A stretch of DNA of 64,000 bases from a bacterium (GCA_030613005.1 JAUWMV010000010.1:5718-69717), one strand, 5' to 3'. Positions 28,854-37,108 are shown, numbered from the stretch's first letter. Program-made: numbers and translations. The notes: generated by a model from the sequence alone, not told the origin.

Positions 28854-31016
28854 ATGAAAACCTTTGATCAACAAAAAATTTCAAATTACATTATCTCAAT
28901 ATTACTACCCTTTCTGGCATTCATTGCAGCAGTAGAAAGAGGTTGCATGTATCGATCGACAAAAGAAATACTTGCATTGGTAATCTGGGGATTGGGAATT
29001 CTTATTTTCCTTGGGATCAAGAAAATAAACATACCTCCTAAAACGTTCACGGTATGCTGGCTCTCGTTTTGGCTTTGGGGGATTCTCTCCATTCTAACTA
29101 CTGTCTCCCCGGATAATACAATCCGATGGATGTCCTCTACTGGAGCAATTGTTATTTTAGCTTTATTGACTTATAGAACTATTCAAGAGCCGCTTAAGGA
29201 TTTTTATAGGTTTATGTTCATCGGTGCATTAATCATTGTTTTAATAGGTTATACCTTCCTGATAATTGCCAAAGCAGGATATATTACCGGTTCGCACATT
29301 ATGCAGCTGCACTTTATTTCCACATTCTTTTGGAAGAATCCTGCTGGAAGTTACTTAGCTCTTTTTATTCCTATTGGGTTTGGATTAACATGTTCAGAAA
29401 GTAATAAAGCCTGGAAAATATTCTTTATTATCTTCACAATATTGGCATTTTCGGCGTTGCTTTTGACTCGATCACGAGGCGCAATGATCTCTCTATTTGC
29501 CGTCATAGTAATTAGCTTACCATTCCTTATAAAACAGGTTCTAAGGAACTGGTCAAAAATTGTACTTATTGTTGTAGTTGGATTTGCTTTGTCGTCCACG
29601 ATAATACCTCCATCATGGTTAGTGGCAAGATTTAAAAAACTTGAGGAGGTTTCTCAAGAACAAGCCGAAGATCCTATTCAGGAGAGAAAATTAATGCTGC
29701 GAATGGGGTCTCGAATTATAACAGACAGACCAATTCTTGGTGTTGGTGCAGGTGCATTCTTATCGGTATATCCATCCTATCTCGAAAATAGCCATTACCT
29801 TTCGAAACATTTGCACAACCAGTATCTTCAATTTGCTGTCGAGGGTGGCTTGCCAATGGCGATCTTCTTCTTTGTTGCTCTTATTAGTTCGATATGGTTG
29901 ATATTCCGAAAATCGAGACAAGAAAAGGATATTTTACTATGGTGCATCGGTGTTGGAACTCTTGCCTATGTCATTCATATGACTCTGGATTTCAATTGGG
30001 AATTATGGGGAACATCGATACCGTTTGTCTTTTTTCTTATGGTGGGTCTTAAGAAATCATCGAGAGATTTCAGGATTAAATCTGGAAGTATAATTAGATA
30101 TTCACTTATAATAATCTCAATTATTGGATTTATAATAACCGGAATTATCTCTCAATCCACACTTTATTTCAACAGCAGCGAAATTCAGAGTCAACCTGAA
30201 GAAAGGATAACTTATTTAAAACGCGCAATTAATCTGTACCCATTCTCTGCACGATTTCATCATGAATTGGGTCTTAAATACAAGCTTAAAGGAAAGTTTG
30301 ATATTGCCCGAAAAGAATTTGAAAAAGTATTGGAACTTGAACCAAAGAATATCGATGCCTTATATAGTCTTGGATTCTTACTTTGGCATACCGATAGTAC
30401 TACAGCGCATGAATACATTAATCGTGCTTTAGATCAAGCTCCGTATGTTCTGCCCAGAGAACAACTTAAAGCCGCAAAGAGATTTCTTAATCTCTCCGAC
30501 ACCACAAAGGCAAAGGAAATATTGCTTTCCATGACCGAATGTTTCTCCACGAACCCAAGAACACCATATTCCGAGGGTACTACTGGATATCGTTATATTG
30601 TTGCAAGAGCGATGTTCTTGCTGAGCAATATTTATACTGTTCAAAATAAAGCAACAGAAGCAGAGGAATTATTTGAGAAAGCGCAGATTCTCGGTTGTCC
30701 TCGTTACTTTGACCGACTTGCATACCAGTGGGGAATAAAAGCACCTGCTCCTGAATGGATTGTTATGGAATTTATTGAAGCGACTACAATGAATGATACG
30801 AGTCTTGTGAAAGAATTATTGGCTGACACTTCCGAATGTTGGAGAATGGACCAAGAGCTTTATCTAACGCAAATATACGATGTTCAAATCACCATGATAC
30901 AAGGGAAGGCGATAGTGGATGCTCTTGTCATGGTGTGTAAAGACAGTGAAGTTAATTGGAATTTATGGTTTTTCAAATTAATTCTCACCGATGAAGGTTG
31001 GAAAATAACGTTTTAA
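28854..31016 (+). CDS. O-antigen ligase (Wzy_C)-like polytopic membrane protein fused to a C-terminal TPR domain
   Basis: ~10 TM helices with LTRSRGAM loop motif typical of the O-antigen ligase family. The C-terminal ~280 aa contain TPR-like repeats (FEKVLELEPKNIDALYSLG...). Confidence 0.6.
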   Translation: MKTFDQQKISNYIISILLPFLAFIAAVERGCMYRSTKEILALVIWGLGILIFLGIKKINIPPKTFTVCWLSFWLWGILSILTTVSPDNTIRWMSSTGAIVILALLTYRTIQEPLKDFYRFMFIGALIIVLIGYTFLIIAKAGYITGSHIMQLHFISTFFWKNPAGSYLALFIPIGFGLTCSESNKAWKIFFIIFTILAFSALLLTRSRGAMISLFAVIVISLPFLIKQVLRNWSKIVLIVVVGFALSSTIIPPSWLVARFKKLEEVSQEQAEDPIQERKLMLRMGSRIITDRPILGVGAGAFLSVYPSYLENSHYLSKHLHNQYLQFAVEGGLPMAIFFFVALISSIWLIFRKSRQEKDILLWCIGVGTLAYVIHMTLDFNWELWGTSIPFVFFLMVGLKKSSRDFRIKSGSIIRYSLIIISIIGFIITGIISQSTLYFNSSEIQSQPEERITYLKRAINLYPFSARFHHELGLKYKLKGKFDIARKEFEKVLELEPKNIDALYSLGFLLWHTDSTTAHEYINRALDQAPYVLPREQLKAAKRFLNLSDTTKAKEILLSMTECFSTNPRTPYSEGTTGYRYIVARAMFLLSNIYTVQNKATEAEELFEKAQILGCPRYFDRLAYQWGIKAPAPEWIVMEFIEATTMNDTSLVKELLADTSECWRMDQELYLTQIYDVQITMIQGKAIVDALVMVCKDSEVNWNLWFFKLILTDEGWKITF

Positions 31017-31175
31017 TTTTGATTTTTCAAAATCGAGCATAAATAATGAATTTTATAATTTGCTCCTCAATATCGCAGATTCCAATGTTTGAGCTGCAAA
31101 TATCGAATTACATTTACAATTTATTGCTATTCAGGATGTTACAGAAACTGGGTATTCATTTGTCAAAATTACCGA

Positions 31176-31213
31176 TTATAAAAAATGGGTCGGAGGATGC
31201 AAAACCCCCGACC
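31176..31213 (-). terminator. Rho-independent terminator downstream of the 31247..32302 gene
   Basis: GGTCGGAGG-loop-CCCCCGACC imperfect 9-bp stem followed on the minus strand by ATTTTTTAT. Confidence 0.5.
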
Positions 31214-31246
31214 TAATCCACAATCCAATAATATGAACTTATTTAC

Positions 31247-32302
31247 TTATTTAACTACTCTTTTTGTCTTTTTGGGTTCAGCGGGTTTTTCCTCGGTTGC
31301 TGCGTCCTCCTCAGCAGGTTTTCCTTCCTCAGCTTCCTTCTCAGCCATTGCAACTTCTTCACCTTCTACTGGGATCGTTAAGCCTAATTCTGCAGCTCTT
31401 TTTTCATTTATTACCTTATAACCAGTGTCAATAGTAACAATAGGAATGTCGGCAGGTTTGGTTCCATCTAAGATACTAATAACCATCTCACCTGCGGCTT
31501 TACCTTGATCCGCACCGTTTAGACTGTATTCGCAAAGGAATTCATCTTCTACAGGATAGAGACTCAATTCGGGAAGTTTATTATTATCAATTATCCACTT
31601 TACAACCATTTCGGCAGGTAAATTGATTTCGCTTGTTTCATCGGTAAGAGTGAGGCATGAATAAAAACCGATAGCATCAACAGTAGTCTGATATTCAGCA
31701 ATCTTTTCCTTCCAACCATTGAAATCATCGGAAATATAGACTTCTACAAGTTCTATTGGCAATTCCGTCTCTTTCAACCGAGCCATAACAAGTTGTGATG
31801 TAGGACTTTCATCAGAAATAAATGCTATCTTCTTCACATCGGGAGCTAAAGATTTCAAGAGTTCAAAAGCTTTATCGAATTGATCTCTCTCGATAACACC
31901 TGTAACATTTCCATCAGGGAAATTGTAAGCTGCAGGATCGTTATTAACACCTGCAAACACGATAGACATCTTATCACCAACATGATTCTTACCAACTAAT
32001 TCACATGCATTATCGTCAAACAAAACTAACACCTTGGGCTTGAACTTTTTAATCTTTTTCTCGGTATTTTCAGCAGATTCAAGTTTCCAATCCTCATCCG
32101 TTTTACTTTTAGTGTCCATATAATAGATTTCTAAATTTATCTCCTTTTCACCAAGAGCTTCCTTCAAACCGTCCAACTCCTCCGTACACCATGCAAATTC
32201 TTCATTATAACTGAAAACAACCAAAACCTTTGGTGGCCTCTTTGCGCACCCCATAAAGCTAACCATAATCAAGACTAACATAACCCATAAAATCCTTTTC
32301 AT
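31247..32302 (-). CDS. Lipoprotein, probable ABC-transporter-type substrate-binding (ABC_sub_bind/BMP-like) protein with acidic C-terminal tail
   Basis: Lipobox SFMGC. Periplasmic-binding-fold-like alternation. ATG at 32302 with AAGGAGG Shine-Dalgarno. The ORF-track start at 32320 is a TTG. Confidence 0.45.
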   Translation of the reverse strand: MKRILWVMLVLIMVSFMGCAKRPPKVLVVFSYNEEFAWCTEELDGLKEALGEKEINLEIYYMDTKSKTDEDWKLESAENTEKKIKKFKPKVLVLFDDNACELVGKNHVGDKMSIVFAGVNNDPAAYNFPDGNVTGVIERDQFDKAFELLKSLAPDVKKIAFISDESPTSQLVMARLKETELPIELVEVYISDDFNGWKEKIAEYQTTVDAIGFYSCLTLTDETSEINLPAEMVVKWIIDNNKLPELSLYPVEDEFLCEYSLNGADQGKAAGEMVISILDGTKPADIPIVTIDTGYKVINEKRAAELGLTIPVEGEEVAMAEKEAEEGKPAEEDAATEEKPAEPKKTKRVVK

Positions 32303-32905
32303 GTCCCCCTCCTTTTTCAAAGGATTATTCCATGTTAAACATAATTTTCTTTATTTACAATATTACACATTAATATCACAGGATGAATAAACCAATTATC
32401 ATCACTAATCTAAAAATGTTTATAAACTAACCCGAACCCAAATTACTTTATCAACAATTTACCCCTATAAAATCAAAGCTCTAATAAATCTATACCAACC
32501 TTAGAGTTATCCATAGTCATAAAAGTAACACTTACTTCTGCCAACTCCCGATAAATATAGAAACTATTTATACTCCGCTAACCTTAGAGAGAATCGCAAA
32601 CCATGACCTAATAAGTCTTAAAAATATCCCTGTGTAACTGAACAGTTAATAGTAATCAAAAAGAATAAAACGAACTTTTCTCATCTCCCCCCAAAGATTA
32701 GAAAAGACGATAACCCTAAAAACTGAATATATAATACTTCAATTAAGACAATTAACAAGAAAATTCTCACTATTTTTTTTTGTTTGATAAATATTTTTTT
32801 TCATATCTATGAAACTTTAAATTATCGGTAAGCTTTCATTTTCTATTGCTTAACACACTCAAAATGTTAGTTTAGGATTCCAGATATCACTGAATTGAGG
32901 AAATA

Positions 32906-33907
32906 ATGAAATCACCATTGCTCTTTACTGGCAAAACCGACTATGCATATGCGTCAGGTGTAATAAGAGGTCTCGAGAATTACCTTCTTGGTCGAAGTGA
33001 ATATCAGAAGTTAATAGATTCCGATCCAGATAGTATAGACAATGTTTTGGCAGAATTTGGATATTCGAGTAGCGAGAAAGATCCTGAGATAGCGCTCAGT
33101 CTTGCAACAGAGAAACTGTTCGAAACAATTGATAAATTATCTAAAGGGGATAAAATAGCCGATATCTGGAAAGTTAGAGCCGATTTCTCGAAAATTTCTG
33201 CCATTGTTAAATCAATACTTTTAGACACTGAACCACCGGAGTTAGTAAATTGGGGATTTCTCAACTCTGAAGAGCTCAGCAGAGAGATTTACTACCATTT
33301 CGATCCCGAAAAAAAATGCTCGCTTCCGGTTCATTACATTAAAACAATAGAGAGAGCACAATCAAATTTCAAAAGCCATAAAACAACTCTTTCTGTGGAT
33401 ATTGCTGTGGATAACTCATTTTCTGATTATGTGAGTACTATTATTCCGAGAAGTGAGTATTTTAAACGATTTTGGAGTTTTTATGTGGACTGGTGGAATG
33501 TTAAGGCTTTCGTTCGAATCCGGAAAGCTAAATTGTCGTCAAGCATATTTTATGATACATTTAATGCTGCTGGAGATATTCCACTTAGCATATTTACTGA
33601 CGCTATGGAAAGCGATAGTGAGCGATTATCAACGCATTTTATGCATACAGAATACGGAAAAGGTTTACAAGACGTTATTAAGCAAGCATTTGAGGGCATG
33701 CTTATCCCACTCGACAATTATTTCCGAGGGAAACTTCTTGTACACTATAAATATACACGGTATTGCCTTTACGGTCTCGAGCTCCTTTTAGCATATGAAA
33801 GCATAAAACTCGAGGAAATAGCAATACTAAGAACAATTATCCGAGCCAAGAAAGCTCGATTACCTGTCAATAAACTTAAGGAGGTAATAAACTTTGCCTT
33901 GGAATAA
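32906..33907 (+). CDS. V-type ATP synthase subunit C (d subunit)
   Basis: N-terminal DYAYASGVIRGLENYLL and overall ~330-aa helical protein resemble NtpC/AtpC of V/A-ATPases. Confidence 0.65.
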   Translation: MKSPLLFTGKTDYAYASGVIRGLENYLLGRSEYQKLIDSDPDSIDNVLAEFGYSSSEKDPEIALSLATEKLFETIDKLSKGDKIADIWKVRADFSKISAIVKSILLDTEPPELVNWGFLNSEELSREIYYHFDPEKKCSLPVHYIKTIERAQSNFKSHKTTLSVDIAVDNSFSDYVSTIIPRSEYFKRFWSFYVDWWNVKAFVRIRKAKLSSSIFYDTFNAAGDIPLSIFTDAMESDSERLSTHFMHTEYGKGLQDVIKQAFEGMLIPLDNYFRGKLLVHYKYTRYCLYGLELLLAYESIKLEEIAILRTIIRAKKARLPVNKLKEVINFALE

Positions 33908-34223
33908 ACTTGCAGCAATAGGAGATTTCTCCACAGTTTTCCCGTTAAAGGCAATCGGTATCGAGGTGCATCCTGTGGACGATAATGAAGATGTGGCAAA
34001 AATTCTTCGTAATTTAGCGATAAGCAAAGAGTTCGGTATTATATTCGTAACAGAGAGCCTATTGAAACCTGCACAGGAAGTTATGAACGAGTTCTTAGAT
34101 AAAGAGATGCCTGCAATAATCACAATCCCGAGTATTAGTGGCTCTCAGGGGTTAGGAGTATCGCGAGTTCGCGAGATAATGAAACGTGCTGCCGGTCGCG
34201 ATATTATGGCTGAAGAAGACTGA
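33894..34223 (+). CDS. V-type ATP synthase subunit F
   Basis: ~109 aa. LAAIGD...GFxxAG-like N-terminus and IPS...G pattern of V-ATPase F. TTG start with AAGGAGG Shine-Dalgarno 8 nt upstream. Overlaps the C-subunit stop. Confidence 0.6.
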   Translation: MPWNKLAAIGDFSTVFPLKAIGIEVHPVDDNEDVAKILRNLAISKEFGIIFVTESLLKPAQEVMNEFLDKEMPAIITIPSISGSQGLGVSRVREIMKRAAGRDIMAEED

Positions 34224-34290
34224 CTTCATTAATTCTTCCTAAATTTCACTCCTGAATATTATCCTTTGAAAATTGATCTTGGAAGTATTG

Positions 34291-34385
34291 TTGTATGCTC
34301 CCCCCTCATCCTAAATCCTTCTCCCCGAGGAGAAAGACTTTCCATGTTGTCCTTCGTCTGGTTGTCCTGGTCGAATTCACCGAGC
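34291..34385. repeat. Copy A of ~85-95-bp hairpin-containing repeat (CCCCTCATCCTAAATCCTTCTCCCCGAGGAGAARGACTTT..CATGTTGTCCTTCGTCTG..TCCTGGTCGAATTC...)
   Basis: Near-identical to copy B at 35881..35975. Shares its 3' 32 nt with partial copy C at 34972..35010. Contains an 8-bp stem CCTTCTCC/GGAGAAGG with a CCGA loop. Confidence 0.85.
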
Positions 34386-34580
34386 TGCTTTGTAGGATAA
34401 ATTTTAGAGCTGTTGTTTCTCATCAGGTGTTATCTCTTTTCGAAATTTTCTATAATATTTAATAGCCATGCCTATGATCCATATAATATTAAAACCTAAA
34501 CCCCAAAATAAAATTCTTAAATCGTTTTTTAAGTATAATACCGAAAAAACTGAAAAGTAAATAAATATCAATTGGTATAT

Positions 34581-34817
34581 CTAAAAGATAGGCACAGCCA
34601 CTGTTTTAAACATATCCTTTGTTTTTGAAGCAAATTTAATCATCATAAATAGCAATACTGGTGAAATTAGAAAAAATCTTAAAATTGCGTTTTTTACAAA
34701 ATCTTCTCTTGGTAAATGTTTGTATGGGGAGCACAATACCATTAAAATCCACATCAAACATAAAATATAAATAGTAATGTATTTTCTTTTGTTAGAAATC
34801 TGTTTTCTTTTATTCAT
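34581..34817 (-). CDS. Hypothetical small membrane protein (2 predicted TM helices)
   Basis: Strong AAGGAG Shine-Dalgarno before the ATG. Hydrophobic segments. Confidence 0.4.
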   Translation of the reverse strand: MNKRKQISNKRKYITIYILCLMWILMVLCSPYKHLPREDFVKNAILRFFLISPVLLFMMIKFASKTKDMFKTVAVPIF

Positions 34818-34835
34818 AGCATTTCTCCTTGAATT

Positions 34836-34890
34836 ATGTCCCTACTTAAATTTTTAATAATATAATTATCTTTGTTTCAAGTAGGGACAT
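34836..34890. repeat. Perfect 12-bp inverted repeat ATGTCCCTACTT / AAGTAGGGACAT separated by a 31-nt AT-rich spacer, immediately 5' of the 34581..34817 gene
   Basis: Read directly. Arms at 34836-34847 and 34879-34890. Confidence 0.8.
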
Positions 34891-34971
34891 TTTACTCTGT
34901 AATTTAATCCTACTAAGACATACTTTATTTCGAAAAAATCCTTCTCTTGCACCAATGATATCGTTTCCACT

Positions 34972-35010
34972 CGTTGTTGTCCTGGTCGAATTCGTCGAGC
35001 TGCTTTGTGC
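34972..35010. repeat. Partial copy C of the islet repeat (TTGTCCTGGTCGAATTCGTCGAGCTGCTTTGTG)
   Basis: Matches the 3' portion of copy A at 34358..34390 with 2 substitutions. Confidence 0.7.
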
Positions 35011-35107
35011 TGTCGAAATCGAAACCGGAGTCGCGGGAACCTGTTTCATAGTTGCGAAGGTTTCCAAGAAAGTCTATGTTCTCATGATGAAGCATTTTTC
35101 ATCGTCA

Positions 35108-35395
35108 TTATAGTATGAATTCTTGCTTTACGCCTTCAACTACTCTAACTCTCTTTACTGTCATAGGTCTATCCCATCTAGAAAATCTGTTGCGAAAATC
35201 CCAATAATATGCTTCTACTATTTTATTATTTTCAACAATAAAAGTGTCAACAAATGTATAAATATAGTATTGTCTTAACTTACCTTTGTAAAACTTACTA
35301 TTTCTATAAACATAAGGATGTTTACTGAAACTGATAAGGGTATAACCTCCTTTGAATAAATCAGTTCGAAACCCATGCTTTATGAAAATATACAT
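35108..35395 (-). CDS. Hypothetical basic protein; may be a frameshifted continuation of the 35380..35757 ORF
   Basis: ORF only. No Shine-Dalgarno. Its ATG lies inside the last codons of the upstream ORF (AAATAAATGTAT). Confidence 0.2.
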   Translation of the reverse strand: MYIFIKHGFRTDLFKGGYTLISFSKHPYVYRNSKFYKGKLRQYYIYTFVDTFIVENNKIVEAYYWDFRNRFSRWDRPMTVKRVRVVEGVKQEFIL

Positions 35396-35757
35396 TTATT
35401 TGAATCTGTTATGTCGTTTACATGAGTAATCGATTTAACATAAACAGAGGGATTATATGATCTTACAAATTTCTCCTCACCAGGCTTCCCAATCCAAAGA
35501 GAGTAATCACCACCATATCCACCATTAAATATAATATCTCTATTTCGAACCTGAGCTCTGATACCTTTGCAAACATCCTCGAATGCTAATTCATTGAGTA
35601 AATTCCAAGATGGTATAATCATGTTTACAAACCTTGGTATTGCTGTCATACATATAATTACTATAAATAGCATTGAAGTAAATATTGCAATTAGGATCAT
35701 AAAATAAATCCATCTCGCAACAACACATCTGAATATAGCATTAATACATGTATTCAT
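35380..35757 (-). CDS. Hypothetical protein with N-terminal TM helix
   Basis: AGGGGAA Shine-Dalgarno 4 nt before the ATG. N-terminal hydrophobic helix then a ~90-aa soluble region. Confidence 0.4.
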   Translation of the reverse strand: MNTCINAIFRCVVARWIYFMILIAIFTSMLFIVIICMTAIPRFVNMIIPSWNLLNELAFEDVCKGIRAQVRNRDIIFNGGYGGDYSLWIGKPGEEKFVRSYNPSVYVKSITHVNDITDSNKCIFS

Positions 35758-35880
35758 TTAAGTTCCCCTATTTAAGACTTACTAAATGCACGAATTTTTA
35801 TAATCACTAATTATTTTAACAACATTATTTAAAGAGCCAATTTCTTTCATCAACAAATAAACCAATGTCAAAGTAGTTTG

Positions 35881-35975
35881 AAATCACCTCCCCTCATCCT
35901 AAATCCTTCTCCCCGAGGAGAAGGACTTTTCATGTTGTCCTTCGTCTGATCGTCCTGGTCGAATTCGTTGATGTG
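35881..35975. repeat. Copy B of the islet repeat
   Basis: ~90% identical to copy A over ~85 nt including the hairpin. Confidence 0.85.
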
Positions 35976-36022
35976 TAAGTTTTTGCTGTGGTTTAATTAG
36001 TATCTCGATCCAAGTAATTAAT

Positions 36023-36289
36023 TTACTTTTCATCTATTCCCATAAACCATTTCGGATATTTAAAACGCATCACTATCTGTATAATAATGAGACCACTGAG
36101 ATATAGCACAATACATAAGGATAAGGAAAATTGTTTGAATGAGGTATATTTATCACCTGTTAAATAACTGAATATAGTAGATTTTTCTAACATAAATACA
36201 AAAGAAGAATACAACACAATTATACCAAGAAGGATGTAAAAAAGAATAAGGCGAATTATGCTCCTGGTTTTATTAATGCTATCCACCAT
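36023..36289 (-). CDS. Hypothetical small membrane protein (2 TM helices)
   Basis: ORF with two hydrophobic segments. Weak Shine-Dalgarno. Confidence 0.3.
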   Translation of the reverse strand: MVDSINKTRSIIRLILFYILLGIIVLYSSFVFMLEKSTIFSYLTGDKYTSFKQFSLSLCIVLYLSGLIIIQIVMRFKYPKWFMGIDEK

Positions 36290-36436
36290 CCTGCTTTACA
36301 TTTTTCACTCAAATCTCTAATATTATACATATATTCATTTAAATTTGCAAATAAAAACAATTTAATTTGAGTTTTACTCCCTGAAATAAAAATTGTGGTG
36401 GAAATCTAAATTAAAAATTTAATAAATTGTATTCAT

Positions 36437-36465
36437 TTGACATCCTTCAATTACACTATTTATTG
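36437..36465 (+). promoter_or_regulatory. Possible sigma70-like promoter for rimP-nusA-infB (TTGACA -35, weak TTATTG -10 at 17-nt spacing)
   Basis: TTGACA at 36437-36442. Poor -10 match. Speculative for this lineage. Confidence 0.2.
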
Positions 36466-36489
36466 CATTTAATAAGGGGGATCGTAGAG

Positions 36490-36927
36490 ATGAGAGAACT
36501 TTTGCCACAAATCGATAACATAATAAGTCGAATTGTCGAGCAAAATGGTGGTGAATTGGTGGAGATTAGTGTCGTCGGTCGAGATAAAACTTCAATTCTA
36601 AGAGTATTTGTTTGCAAACCAGGTGGAATTAACATCGGAGAAATCTCAACACTGACAAAAAAGATTTCAAAAGCTCTTGACGAAGCCGATATAATTCCGC
36701 ATAATTATCTCTTAGAAGTTTCATCACCAGGTCTTGACAGACCACTCAGAACTATCCGGGATTTCGAACGAGTGATATCCGAGAATGTCAGAATAGTACT
36801 TCCAGATGGCAAAACGCATGAGGGTACATTAGTCGAAGCCGACCAAGATACAATCTCATTAGAAACAGAAAGTGAATCAATCCTAATATCACTCGATGAA
36901 ATATGCTCAGCAAAAATTATTTATTGA
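36490..36927 (+). CDS. rimP: Ribosome maturation factor RimP
   Basis: VSSPGLDRPL motif. Conserved position upstream of nusA. AAGGGGGA Shine-Dalgarno before the ATG at 36490. Confidence 0.85.
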   Translation: MRELLPQIDNIISRIVEQNGGELVEISVVGRDKTSILRVFVCKPGGINIGEISTLTKKISKALDEADIIPHNYLLEVSSPGLDRPLRTIRDFERVISENVRIVLPDGKTHEGTLVEADQDTISLETESESILISLDEICSAKIIY

Positions 36928-37108
36928 CAATATTTTAGAATTTCACATAAGATCACATTAGAGCAAAAGAAAATCTTGTTAATACATTTTTAACTGTTAA
37001 ATTTTGATATAGGTTGCTTCAACAATTTAATCCGCTTATTTTTCAATTGAAAAGTTTAAAAAAACCGTTAAGCTAATATTAATTATTTGAAATATATTGG
37101 AGGAAAAG

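Noticed and set aside
34846-35067. 73-aa minus-strand ORF spanning repeat copy C and the 12-bp inverted repeat
   Set aside because: The reading frame runs through the repeat elements, with an S/T-rich low-complexity translation and no Shine-Dalgarno. More likely non-coding.
34224-36420. Integron attC sites or an IS/MITE as explanation for the islet repeats
   Set aside because: No GTTRRRY/RYYYAAC core pairs and no long imperfect attC-like stem. No terminal inverted repeats flanking a unit, no target-site duplications, and no integrase or transposase gene in the window. I kept the observation as an unexplained cassette-like repeat rather than assigning a known element class.
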